Below, one piece after another: positions 23,701 through 35,817 of a DNA stretch of 64,000 bases. How positions within the stretch are numbered: the first letter of the stretch is position 1; each line of letters begins with the position of its first letter. Source of the stretch: Heteronotia binoei (Eukaryota); NCBI RefSeq assembly GCF_032191835.1, contig NC_083231.1:22444001-22508000 (forward strand), written 5' to 3'. The notes beneath the pieces were generated by a model that saw only the letters and a list, made by a program, of their open reading frames with translations, did no database searches and had not been told where the DNA came from. The position numbers were made by a program, and so were the translations under genes.

Positions 23701-26485
23701 CACATTACCTCCTTGAGAGCGAGTACAGGAGACATAGTAACAAAACCAGAAAATATTCTCCAAATTTTCAAAATTATACTCAAGTAGTAATCCCAACAAG
23801 TACTCTATAGAGAATTACCTACTTTCAAATAACTTGGTAAAAAAGCTTTCAGACACACACAAACAATTTTTGGAAAACTCCATTACTGCTAAAGAAGTGC
23901 AATACGCTGTAAAACATATAAAAGGAAATAACGCTCCTGGCAGGGACGGACTCCCTACGGAGTTTTATAAAGTCTTTAAAGATACTTTAGCATCATCTCT
24001 TACGGAAATTTGCAATGCAGTGCTTAAGGAAGGTATAAAACCTCCATCATGGGATGAGGCCAGAATCATTGTTTTGCCAAAACCAGGAAGGGATCCTATC
24101 TGTACCAAATCTTATTGTCCAATTTTATTGCTAAATTGCAACTATAAGATTTTCACTACTATAATGACTTTAAGACTTAACCAAATTATAAGAGATTATG
24201 TCCATCCCAATCAAACTGGGTTCATTCCTGGACGAGACATTGCAGAGAACTTAAGAACGACTATTACTGCCATCCAATATGGTAAACAACATTCAGCAGA
24301 GACTTTTATAATGGCCCTCGACACTGAAAAAGCCTTCGACTAAATTGAACCTGAATTCTTAAAAGCGGTGCTCAAGGCTATGAACTTTGGCCCAAGTTTC
24401 TTAAATGTCATTAACTCTTTATATATATCACCAAAGGCACACTTAGCGATTAATGGCCTTAGTTCTACAGACTTTAACCTTTCTAGGGGCACGAGGCAGG
24501 GATGCACCTTGTCACCCCTGCTCTTTGCCTTATCAATTGAATCCCTTGCTAACCAGATCAGCGACACACAATTATTACAAGGTATTAAGGTCCAGCAAAC
24601 AGAAGTTAAAATCACTCTGTTTATGGATATTGTACTATATCTGACCAATCCCCTACAAACAGTTCCATTATTAGAATTTAAACAGTATTCAGGCTTAACA
24701 GTAAACACATCTAAAACACTAATATATCCTATTAACCTTTCAATGGAATCTCAACACTTTATTAAGAAATACTCTAGCTATCAATGGGCAACAAAAGAAT
24801 GGCAATACATGGAGTAAAAATCCCTATACCTATTGAGAAACTACTTCAGGACAATTATCTAGAATTGGCAAACTAATAGCACCCTAAAAAATTGGGACCA
24901 AAAGGGCATTACCGGGTTTGAAAGATTTGACACTATCAAAACTTTTATATTACCGAAATTTTTATCTTTATTTAGAACTCTTCCAATCTTAATTCCGAAA
25001 ACTATAATACTGCAATGGCAACCAATATGGGCTAAGTTTATTTGGAATCACAAAGCACCTCGCATCAGTATGGAAACAATGCGTAGGCCCTTTAAATCAG
25101 GAGGTTTGGCTGTTCCTGACTTGTATTTATATTACGAGGCATCGGTTTTGTCTCAAATCCCAAAGATTTTAAATGCTGAAATTAAATTTGACTGGATGAA
25201 GATCGAGGAACACTATATAAAACCAAAGGAGCACCCAGAAATACTCTGGGTCAGGAATCCAGATCATAGGGGACTGCAAAACAAAAACAATTTTGTCGAA
25301 GCCCTGTATACTATATGGTTCAAAAATAAAAAAACTCTTAGCTCCAGGGATCTCCTTAGCATCTACTTATACAGGCCAGGAATAGTTTAAGCCAGCCTAC
25401 AATAGAAACTCATTCCAATCCTGGAGTGTAGCTTCATTGACAAGACTAGCAGACATTTCTAAAAAAGGTAAATTGCTAGAAAAATCCAGATTGGAGTCTA
25501 AAGCTTTGTCACCCCTTCCATGATTTGAATATTTACAACTACAGCATTTATTTTCATCCCCTGAGCTACAGCTTTCATTACATAGACCACTCACGGCATT
25601 TGAGGACTTTTTATTAACGTACATACCAACTGACAAGAGGTTAATTTCTAAAGCATATCAGGCTCTTATTTTACCTTCTGCAGAAAACTTACCTACATAT
25701 TCCGTTTCATGGCAAAAAGACCTTGGTTTCAATCTATCTGAAACACAATGGAAAGAAATATGGTCATCACGTGCCCTTACCGTTAGTCAATATTCACCAA
25801 CAAAACATTAAACTGCTGACCAGGTGGTATATTACCCTGGTCAAAATACATTGTATCAGTAATTCAAGGTCACCACTATGCTGTGACAGAGTTTTGATAT
25901 GCGTAGGGAAGTGCCTCTGTTGAGTAGGTAGTAAAGTGCAACTCCAGAACACTGTGGTAAAGAAAACAAAACTCCAAGACAGCCGAGTAATCAGTTGTAT
26001 TGGGTTAACACATAAGAAGCAGTCTCAGGCAAGCCAATGGGTCATACACATTAAAGTCAGTCAGTCCAATATACAGTACCAATTCTTAGTCCAAGTAGAG
26101 AAGTCAGAAATCCAGTCCATACATCAAATTCAGTAGCTAAGCAATCCTTCAGATTTTCAGTATGCAAGCAAGATGTTCCTCCTTCACACACAACGTCTGC
26201 TCCTTCTCTCTCTTCATCAGCACCATCAACCACACCCACACAGGGCAAGGCTTTTTACTAATATAGTACAGCCCACCAATCATAACACTGATTGTTTTTC
26301 ATTAGCTGCACCTGAGATTTTCGTGACTCCTGTATAGCCTAGTTACATAACAAATGATTCAGCAGTTTTTAGTTGTCTTAAAGCAACTTAACACTGACAT
26401 CCTCCCCTTATGGAACTAAACATTCTATACAGTCACATAAAACATTCATAGTTAATATACAGTAGCATTGCCAGCCTTTTCATCT

Positions 26486-29400
26486 TTACTTTAAACCTAG
26501 TTTCAGACAGTTCTCCTTGTGTTTAACAGGTGTCTGAGACTTTGTAAAGATATCAGCAATATTTTCAGCTGTAGCGCAGTACTCAAGATTGATTAGCTTG
26601 TCTTCCAAGCATTGTTTTACGTTGTGAAACCTTACATCTGTGTGTTTTGATCTAGATTTTACTCCTAGACTGTTTGCTAGCTTGATAGCCGCTTGATTGT
26701 CCTCGTACACAGTTATAGGTTCTACATAAAATAAACCAATGTCAGATAATAGCTGCTTGTACCAAATAAGTTTGCTACATACTGTGCTAAGTGCTGAGTA
26801 CTCTGCCTCGCATGATGAGAGGGCTACATGTCGTTGTTTCAAGGATTTCCATCCTATTAGTGCACCACCAAAGAAAATTGCCAATCTGGTAGTGGACTGT
26901 CGGGTGTTTTGGTCACTGGCAAAACTTGCATCTGCATATGCATATATTCTTAGGTCTTTAGTTGGTATAATAAACAAACTGTATTCTATAGTATGTTTTA
27001 AGTACCTAAGGATGTGTTTCGCCGCAATCCAATGGCTCTGTCTTGGCTGCTTCACCGCCCTGGCCAATTGGTTGGTTGCCATTGCAATATCAGGCCTTGA
27101 CCAGTTTTCTATATATAAAAGACTGCCAATCAAGGACTGATAAATACTTTGGTCAAACAATGGACTCTCATTGTCATCTATGTTAAAATTCTGTAGCATA
27201 GGGCATTTAACTCCCTTGCTTTGGTCCATTTTGTAACCTTTCAATAACTGAGTTATTTTACCCTTTTGTGAGACTCGATACCCTCCATTTACACATTCTA
27301 TGTCTAAGCCAACATATTGTCTGATGTTGCCCAGATCCCTCACTGTAAACTGGTTCTTTAGAGTTTCAACAATGGTATTTAGCATTTTTGCATTTCTACA
27401 AATTATAGCTAAGTCGTCTACAAAGACAAGTATTAAGCACTGCTGCTCCCCTTTTCCCTTGACAAATATACATTGGTCAGCTACACCTTGTTTGAAACCA
27501 AGCCTTTTCAAACATTCAGTTAAATATTGATTCCACTGATGCCCAGATTGTTTTAACCCGTACAAAGATTTTTTTAAGTTTCCAACATAAGTTAACATTG
27601 CCATTTTCACCAGATACACCTGGTGGCAATTTCATATAAATTGTATGTTCTAGAGGTGCGTGCAAGTAAGCGGTTTTGACATCAAGGTGTTTAATTACAC
27701 AATTGTGTTTTGCTGCGTAAGACAATGCGCAATAGATTGATGTGGCCTTGAGTGTTGGTGAAAAAGTTTCGTCATAGTCTAGTGCTGACTGTAAATACCC
27801 TTGTGCCACAAGTCTAGCCTTGTATTGCACCTGCCCATCTGATCCAGATTTTAACTTAAAAACCCATCTACACCCAATGAGTTTTTGGTTGGGTGGTATT
27901 ACAGACTCTTCATACACTTGCAGACTTTTCAACGACTCAAGTTCCGCATTCATGGCATCTGACCATCCAGTCTGCTCATCTTGCGTTAGATGCTTGATGC
28001 TCTCATAGCTGGAAGGTTCAGCAAGAACGATGCACGCTTGTCCCGGACTGTAGCGATCTGGAGGACGTGTTTCTCTCGTAGATCGTCGTAGAACCGGTGT
28101 TGTTGCCTCATCTGGCGCTTTATGCTGGACATCTGGCTGCTGCTGCTGTGACACTCCCGCTCCCGAAGATGGAGGTGTTACAGGTTCTGGCTTGATGTCT
28201 CTGCTGTTGGGTGAAGGACTCCGCCTCTCGCCTCTAGGTGGTAACGGCGTACCAGTTTTCTCCGCTGCAGGCAGGAATACTGTAGAGGACGTTCTCTCCC
28301 AACCCACAGAGGTTTCCAGAAAATTTGCAGAGCATGAAGTTGTTATCTTCTTTTCACCTGCTTGGGAAAATCTGTAAGCCTTGTGATTATTCGCATAACC
28401 AAGAAATAACAACTTAACAGCCTTGTTGTGCCCCTTTCTCTGGAGCTGCTTTGGGATATTTACATAAGCTGGTATCCCAAATATCTTTATATGGTTAATT
28501 GTAACCTTTCTGCCATACCATATTTCAGCTGGTATTTTGCCAGTAGCAGAAGACCAAGAGTAGTTTAGAACATGGGAAGCACACATTATACTTTCCCCCC
28601 AATAACACATTGGTAGGTTGCTGTCTCTTAACATAGATAAGCACATATTATAAAGGGTTTGATTTCTCCTTTCACAAAATGAATTATGTTGTGGTCGGTA
28701 CGGTGCCGTCCGTTGATGACTGATTCCATATCTCCTGCATAGGGAAAACATTTTGTCATTGCAAAATTCTGTACCATTATCAGTAATGATAGTGCGTGGA
28801 ACCTTATCTGTTTTCCTCTTGATGAAACGAAGCCAATTGCTGAAAGTTTGATACGTCTCAGCCTTTGATCTAAGTAAAAAACAAAAACCATAGCGAGAAT
28901 GATGATCCTCTATATGCAAACAGAATTTAGCTCCGCCCAAACTTCTGGTTGGAAAGGGTCCAATCAGATCTAGGAAAACGAGGTCCAGTATTACATCAGA
29001 CTTGAATTTTGTTGGAGATACAGTTGGTGCTGCTTTAGATTTTGTTGCCTTGCAGATTTCACAGTCAACAAAACAATTGCAGGCCTTGGGGGTAATTTCA
29101 GCTGCTTGTAAAGTTCTTTTAACAGCATGGAAATTTATGTGCCCCAACCGTCTGTGCCACATGTGAATGCACTCCTCGTGAGGAGGCTTATTCATACTCA
29201 CATGGTGGATCATATCTTCACTCTCCAAGAAATATAAATTGTCTTTCCTTTTGGCCACAACAGAAATGTCATCTGCATTAATCAGGCAGCTGTCAGCTGT
29301 AAAAGAGACTTTAAAATTTTGCTCAGTTAAAGTAGATACAGATATCATATTATACTTTAAACTTGGCACATGAAGCATTTGAAGTGTTCTTTTAAGGCTA

Positions 29401-30380
29401 GGAATTTTAACAAGACCATTTCCTGCTACCCGGGCACAAAGCCCATCTGCTAATTTGACACACTGACCTTTAACTGGTGTGTAGGTGTCAAAGAGATTTT
29501 TGTTCTTAATGATGTTCACAGTCGCACCACTGTCGATTAAGAACTGGTTGCTATAGGAAGAATTGTTAACAACAAGGTTCACGTGCTTTCCTCCCTTGGG
29601 AGGTACTGTTGACTGTTTCTCTTTGAAGCGTTTACATTGGTGCTTGAGGTGTTTTGAGCTGTTACACAAAAAACATCTCCTCACTGAGAAAATTTTATCA
29701 TTTGCTGCATGATTATCTGCCCCTTTAAATTCCTCCCGTCTGGGAGACTTGACTGCATGAGCTGGAGATGGCTGAAACATAGCTGCATTCCTCCTCCTCA
29801 TGTCCTCATTCATTAAACGGTGGGTGATATTAGACACTGTTATCTCAGTTCTTGGTAATATATCCAAATTGGCTACAAACTGATTGTAACTAGCGTCCAG
29901 GGAGCAAAGGATTATGTAGGCTTGCTGTTGCTCAGAAAAAATCACCTCTTTTTCTTGCAGCAGCTGCAAATTCCTTTTCATGAATTCTAGGTGGCTATTC
30001 ATGTCCCCACCAGCCTCATATTTTGCTGTAAGGAGTTTCTTCATTAAGTATATATGGGACCCCACACTGTCACTAACATAAAGAGACTTTAGGGCATCCC
30101 AACTTGCTTTTGCACTGTTTAAGGATTTTATGTGGATAAGCTGGCTGTCTTCCAAAGTGAGACCAATTAAAGCACAAGCCTTATCCTCGTTGCTTTTGTG
30201 TTTAGCAATTTCGGCTGCATCATTAGCAGCGTCTAAACGGGCTACGTCGGGTGGATACGTCACATACTCCCACAAGCCTTGGTATTTTAGAAGCATAGTG
30301 ACCTTCTCGGACCAGGTGCTGTAATTATCTCCGTTCAGTCTCTTAACAAGAAAACCGGAGACTTGGATACAGGACTCCAT
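26486..30380 (-). CDS. Copia gag-pol polyprotein with a single +1 frameshift at ~27570
   Basis: 954-aa ORF: CFLCNSSKHLKHQC knuckle, FLIDSGAT protease, HRRLGH..C..C, DLIGP/TDNGTEF/CERRN integrase, RT start. 377-aa ORF: KSLYGLKQSG, VFVDDL, YADASFA, ADIFTK. The join is CTT AAA AAA A TCT (A7 instead of A6). Confidence 0.93.
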
Positions 30381-30481
30381 TGTGCCTATATGCAGAAAAC
30401 TGCCACGCCCAATAAACGGCTGTTACTCACGAGTAGACCACAGGACTGTTGGCACTTATGTTGCTCTTACTCTCCAGGAGA

Positions 30482-30495
30482 CTGGGCCCATAACC
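30482..30495 (-). promoter_or_regulatory. Copia primer-binding site (internal tRNA-iMet type)
   Basis: GGTTATGGGCCCAG, 2 nt after the 5' LTR. Same as the PBS I recall for Drosophila copia. Confidence 0.85.
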
Positions 30496-32459
30496 GATGA
30501 CAGAGTTTTGATACACGTAGGGAAGTGCCTCTGTTGAGTAGGTAGTAAAGTGCAACTCCAGAACACTGTGGTAAAGAAAACAAAACTCCAAGACAGCCGA
30601 GTAATCAGTTGTATTGGGTTAACACGTAAGAAGCAGTCTCAGGCAAGCCAATGGGTCATACACATTAAAGTCAGTCAGTCCAATATACAGTACCAATTCT
30701 TAGTCCAAGTAGAGAAGTCAGAAATCCAGTCCATACATCAAATTCAGTAGCTAAGCAATCCTTCAGATTTTCAGTATGCAAGCAAGATGTTCCTCCTTCA
30801 CACACAACGTCTGCTCCTTCTCTCTCTTCATCAGCACCATCAACCACACCCACACAGGGCAAGGCTTTTTACTAATATAGTACAGCCCACCAATCATAAC
30901 ACTGATTGTTTTTCATTAGCTGCACCTGAGATTCTCGTGACTCCTGTATAGCCTAGTTACATAACAAATGATTCAGCAGTTTTTAGTTGTCTTAAAGCAA
31001 CTTAACACTGACATGCTGGAAATGGGTGTGGGGAAACGGGCTCTTACCTTCATTGCTGGTGGGGTTGCAGGAAATTAAGATGGTTTTGGCAACAAATAAT
31101 ACAGAAAATTAAAGAGTATAGTGATTATGAAATCAAAGACAATCCTGAAACATTATTATTGCATTTATGGGACAATTCCTGTAGACCGCAGATTAGTAAA
31201 GATTTAATTACTATTTTATTATCAGCAACGAAAACAATAGCTTTTTTTAGAAATCAAAGAACCCACCAACTCTCAAAGACTGGTTCCAGAGAGTCTGCAG
31301 TCATTTGCTAATGGACAAAATTTCTGACAACATCGAAACAAACAACTCTCCAACCTACAAATCTACTTATCACGAATGCTGGTTTCCCATACTAGAAAGA
31401 CTGGATTCTCTACTGGTAGACTTCCTACTCTCAAATTCTCAGTTTTCTTGTTTTCTTAGAACCAGCTGGTTACTTTGAGTTAATCAATAAGATTGTATCT
31501 ACAAGATAAAGGCCCAGTAATGCTGGTGATAGACAATAAGTTTCATAATAACTTACAATATGTATTGTATTTTTTTTTTGAAAACCAAAAACTTCCTTTA
31601 TTTAACAATAATGATAACAAATCACCTTCTAAGCTCTGGGACGGCAGCCAACGGGGCACAGTTCTCAGGAGACATAAAAGCATAACAGTTACAACAAAAT
31701 TGAAGCAAGTGTAACTGGGGTATCATTTAACATACCTTGAACCAAAATGCATCGCCCACAAGGATCTACCTTTGTTGATTGGCATTGGAACGGTGTATTC
31801 TTTGAGATGAGAATCGCAACTCCCTTTGATTTAGACGTGCCTAAGGCTTGGAATGTTGGGTAAACCATGGGGATTTCAGAAGTTGTTTGGCTTTGGACTT
31901 TTGATGGGTTTCCTGCAGAAAAAACAATGTTAGCTCTTTCTTTATATAATACATTAGATATACGCCTGCGTTTGATTTGGTTGTTAAGACCTTTGCAATT
32001 CCACGTTATAAACTTATATTGCTGAGACATTGGTTTGAATTCTTGAAAATAAGTTTGAACCAAAACAAATCAAATAAAATCAATAAGTACAATACGTATA
32101 CAACACACTAAAAGTGAACACAGAACACAAAATAGAGATTAATCTCTATCACTTAAGCCCTAATAAGGGCACAGGTTTCAACTCTTTCTAAACTATTAAA
32201 TTATAGGGAGTAGTCAGCTAATCTCCCTAATTTGAAACCTTCCTACACCTCTGGGGAGGCTCTAACCACCTGAATATGAACAAACTTAACAAAACACCCC
32301 TTTCCCCCATTTCTTTTTATACTATACCACAGACTGTACAAATATGCTTTCCACTGCTACAAAAGAGAAACTCATTTCACAAGGTGTCAAATGAAATATC
32401 CTTGGGACCATTTCATATTAAAATTGGTCTTAACAAATATAAAGATGTGTATATTGTAT

Positions 32460-33480
32460 AAAGACCTAAAAATTAACAACCAATAACTTTGGGTACCTTT
32501 ATGTATAAATATTTGCAATAATTAGATCTGTCTTATACTTATTACCATTAAATCACATGCCCCCTATTAATTCAGTGGTTATAAATTTAACTAAGTTAAT
32601 TTACAATTTATTTTAATGCTATAACAAATATGTAGTATTTTGTGAGTTAATGCCCCCCATTAAGTAATCAATTGAAAAGTAAACTTGTATTTCAGCCTTA
32701 GCTAACCTCTCCATGTACACAATTTGAAGTATTAGTTGTAGCTTTGTGTCTAGGAATTCATTGTGTATTATAAGATCCTAAAAATTACTACAATAAAATT
32801 CATAAGGGCAATTATAATTGAATTCATAACCAAGTACGCTATAAGTGCTGTGCTACCTTATGATCTAAAGAGAAATTCATTCATAAGTAAACAACTTTAA
32901 AATAATAAATAATAGTGCAATAATATTAAATCATTAACTGGATTTCATTGACAGTGTAAACTAGCTGTAACCCCCTAGTTTGGTATAAAAATTCTTAATC
33001 CAAGAAGCATTCTTATATAAACATTAAAAACCCTAATAAATTTCATTAATTAAATCTGTCAGTAGTATTAGAATTAACGAAATAAACCCTCAAGTTAGGC
33101 TAAACAGAGTTAACAAGGTTAATTAAAATTATAAAAAAAGGCATCCTCAATTGAATTCATAACCAAGTACACTATAAGTGCTGCGTTTCCTAGTGTTCTA
33201 AAGAAAAATTCATTCATAAATAATCAACTTTAAAATAATAGATAATAGTGCAATAGTATTAAAACATTAACTGGAATTCATTACAGTGTAGACTCACTGT
33301 AACCACCTAGCTTGGTATAAAAGTTCATAATCCAAGAAATATCATGTAAACATTAAGAACCCTAATAAATTTCCTTAATTAAATATGTCAGTAATATTAG
33401 TATCAACAAGATAAACCCTAAAGTTAAACTGAACAAGATTAGCAAGGTTAATTAAAATTATAGATAAGAAAATATATCTA
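32460..33480. repeat. Diverged ~330-bp tandem units in the L1 inter-ORF spacer
   Basis: AATTGAATTCATAACCAAGTAC(G/A)CTATAAGTGCTG starts at ~32816 and ~33150. A related AAGA(T)CCTAAAAATTA is at 32461 and 32772. Confidence 0.75.
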
Positions 33481-33680
33481 TGATTATAAATTCAGAATAT
33501 GTGGTGTATCATTCATTAATTATTTAACACTCTATAAAACTTAGTATTTGTGTTGTCCTATAAAAGAACTTGAAACGTGAATGTTGACTCCAATGTTTGT
33601 GTCATGGCAACTCTGTAGTCTCAATTACATAAGTTCAAACTGTGATGTTGAATAACCTATTTAAATACAAAATTGAGAGT

Positions 33681-34691
33681 TCAAGTAGCTTCAGGCATGT
33701 GTGGTTCCTCTGCTATGGAAGCATCAGCACCCAGATCTTCCTCTTCCCTTCTTGTTAGTTTTAAGTTCAGATTTTGAAGAAGTAGCTTCCCTGTGGTGAT
33801 GTTTGAAGCCTTAAACAACTTGCCTCCTTTATATACTAGGATGTCTGAGACAGGGCTCCAACGAAACTTAATGTTAGCTTGGTACAACTTTGAAGCAAAA
33901 AACTTTAGGCTCCTCCGCTTCTCTAACGCCTCTGCTGGTAGGTCTAGTAGCACAATCACTTTCTGACCTTCAAACAAAAAATAGCCTTGCAGTCGGGCTT
34001 CCTTCAGAACTTTTCCCCTTGTCTTGGGGGAGAGAAACTGCACCAAAATATCCCGCGGTTTTTCTTTGCGCGCCAATAATAACGGTCCCAGTCTCTGTGC
34101 TTTAGCAATGGCCGGAGATACATCACCTTCTTTTTTAAAAACCCGAGTTAACCATTGTGACATGAAAGCAGCTAGATCAATATTCTCCTCCACGCCCTCT
34201 CTGATCCCTCGAAATTTTAAATTCAGGGCTCTCCAACGATTTTCCAGTGATATTATTTTAGTGTTGAGTAAAGACTCTTTTGCTTTTAACTGCTTTACTT
34301 CTTCTTTCAAAGATAAAGATATTTCAGCCGAGTGTTCTGCCATTTTCGAAGTGACTTCTAGTTTACTAGCCACTTCCTCAATACGTTTGTTAAGAGGGGC
34401 CAACAGGGCTTCCACTGTTTTGGTAAAGTAGGTGTGAATGTCCTCTCTTAGCATATTCAGATCTCTTTTACAAATTGGGCTCTCTTCCCCCTCCTCCTGT
34501 GAGCTATCAGTTAGATTTTGCCCGGGGGCCATTTTGGGATCAGCAGAGGGAGAACAGCCCGTTTGAATGGAGGGAGATCCCGGTATGAAAAAGTCTCTTA
34601 CCGATTGTGAAGGTTCTAGTGTGGATTTCCCCCCGTGTTTGATCTTGGCTTTCGCTGTGGATTTAGCTTTGAGAGATTTTCCCATCTGCAA
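33681..34691 (-). CDS. L1 ORF1p (336 aa, open)
   Basis: Coiled coil followed by LENRWRALNLKFRGIRE..RLG..PRDILVQF..DLP (L1 ORF1/transposase_22-like). Confidence 0.88.
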   Translation of the reverse strand: MQMGKSLKAKSTAKAKIKHGGKSTLEPSQSVRDFFIPGSPSIQTGCSPSADPKMAPGQNLTDSSQEEGEESPICKRDLNMLREDIHTYFTKTVEALLAPLNKRIEEVASKLEVTSKMAEHSAEISLSLKEEVKQLKAKESLLNTKIISLENRWRALNLKFRGIREGVEENIDLAAFMSQWLTRVFKKEGDVSPAIAKAQRLGPLLLARKEKPRDILVQFLSPKTRGKVLKEARLQGYFLFEGQKVIVLLDLPAEALEKRRSLKFFASKLYQANIKFRWSPVSDILVYKGGKLFKASNITTGKLLLQNLNLKLTRREEEDLGADASIAEEPHMPEAT

Positions 34692-35009
34692 ACGATTTTA
34701 AGTCTGCGTTGTAACCGAAGCGCCCAGATTTAGCAGGGGAAAGTCGGAGCTTCACTTGAACACGTCCACCATAGCTCAGTGATGCCCCCTAATTTTCATG
34801 TATTGTATTTTTAATTTTTAATTTTAATTTTCTTTGGGTTATATTGTAGATAATTACTGTGCTTAATCTATGTTTAAGTAAAACAAAAACACTGAAAAAT
34901 CCAATAAAATATGTTTTAAAAAAAGTCCCAAGCGCAACATTTGGCAAACCTGCCTTATTATTTTTGATAAGCAAATACCTGCATAATAAAGGGCTAGCTT
35001 AAAAGTACA

Positions 35010-35817
35010 TATAGCAGCGCCCGCCTCACGGCCTCACTGGATCTCTTTATTTCAGTCTCCTCGGGGTATTTTACTTTGTTATTTGATGGAAATAGAATTC
35101 TCTTCGTAGGGGACCACAGCAGCTTTGTAGTTTTTCTCAAAAATATAGGCTCTCAAGAACTTTAACTCAAACCACAGATTTATTATAACACAAAGTCTTA
35201 AACTTGGGGATATGGGAGATATTTACACAGGCTAACACGTTGCTCAGTTGTTTCAGGCTTTACATTAACTTTTTCTTCCTTTGAGTTTCTCAGTTACACA
35301 GTTCACAGTTTCCCTATAACTTGCTCTCTCCACCTCTAGCAAAGGCTGGCCTCTTGGGTATGATGTGCCAAGTCTCACCCCTCGATTGGAGCTACTACTG
35401 CCAGTCCTTCTGGTGTCTCAGACCCACATCCACTCCCTCAACCACCTCACTAGATCTTCAGAGTTGTCTATAGGTGTCTGTGACCGTTCAGGTCTTGACT
35501 GACTCACACACACACACAGCCCTCTTGGCTGGTTTTGTCGAGCTTGCAGTCTCTGGAAGACTTTCCCGTCACTGTCTCAAGCTCCTTCACAGGATCAGCT
35601 GCCCTCCCAGCCTCGGTCAAGCACGAACTGACCCTCTCAGTCTCTGTCAGGCCCCAACACTGACAGACTTCTGACTGAATGACTGCCTCCGCAGTTTCTT
35701 GTCTCTCAACCACTTTCCCTCCCTGAGAGCTCTGAGCACTTTGCCCCCACCCTCAGGTCACCTGACGCAGGCCCTGTGCGTCTTCAGTTTCTGGTTAACC
35801 CCTAGCTTTCCGTCACA
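35010..35817 (-). mobile_element. Solo LTR (808 bp)
   Basis: Minus strand starts TGTGACGG and ends GCTATA (CA mutated). Perfect 5-bp TSD GTACA. AATAAA near the 3' end. Confidence 0.8.

Larger units (their letters stand above)
25884..31013 (-). mobile_element. Full-length Ty1/Copia LTR retrotransposon (5130 bp)
   Basis: Two 516-bp LTRs (25884-26399 and 30498-31013) with TGTCA/TGACA termini and a 5-bp TSD TGCTG. PBS GGTTATGGGCCCAG, PPT ATAAGGGGAGGA. Domain order gag-PR-IN-RT-RH. Confidence 0.97.
31575..34790 (-). mobile_element. Internally deleted, ORF1-only L1 (HAL1-like)
   Basis: GGGGGCATCAC 5' end, intact ORF1, 1.6-kb AT-rich spacer, only ~110 codons of EN, then 3' UTR with AATAAA and A10. 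TSD ATGTATTGTATTTT(T) at 31560 and 34798. Confidence 0.85.
23701..34925 (+). mobile_element. 5'-truncated L1 host element (pieces 23701-25883, 31014-31574, 34798-34925) containing the Copia and the ORF1-only L1
   Basis: RT (PGRDGLPTEFYK, LDTEKAFD, GTRQGCTLSP). The C-terminal TRWYIT..PLC|CWK motif is split exactly at the Copia TSD. The 3' UTR resumes after 34798 and ends AATAAA...A-run at ~34920. Confidence 0.85.

Noticed and set aside
25936-30862. Duplicated 63-66 aa ORFs at 25936/30550 and 26057/30671
   Set aside because: Incidental ORFs within the two Copia LTRs.
20361-34790. One L1 running from 34790 to 20361, split by inserts
   Set aside because: The 31575-34790 unit has its own polyA and TSD inside another L1's 3' UTR, so it is independent of the 20361-22756 copy.
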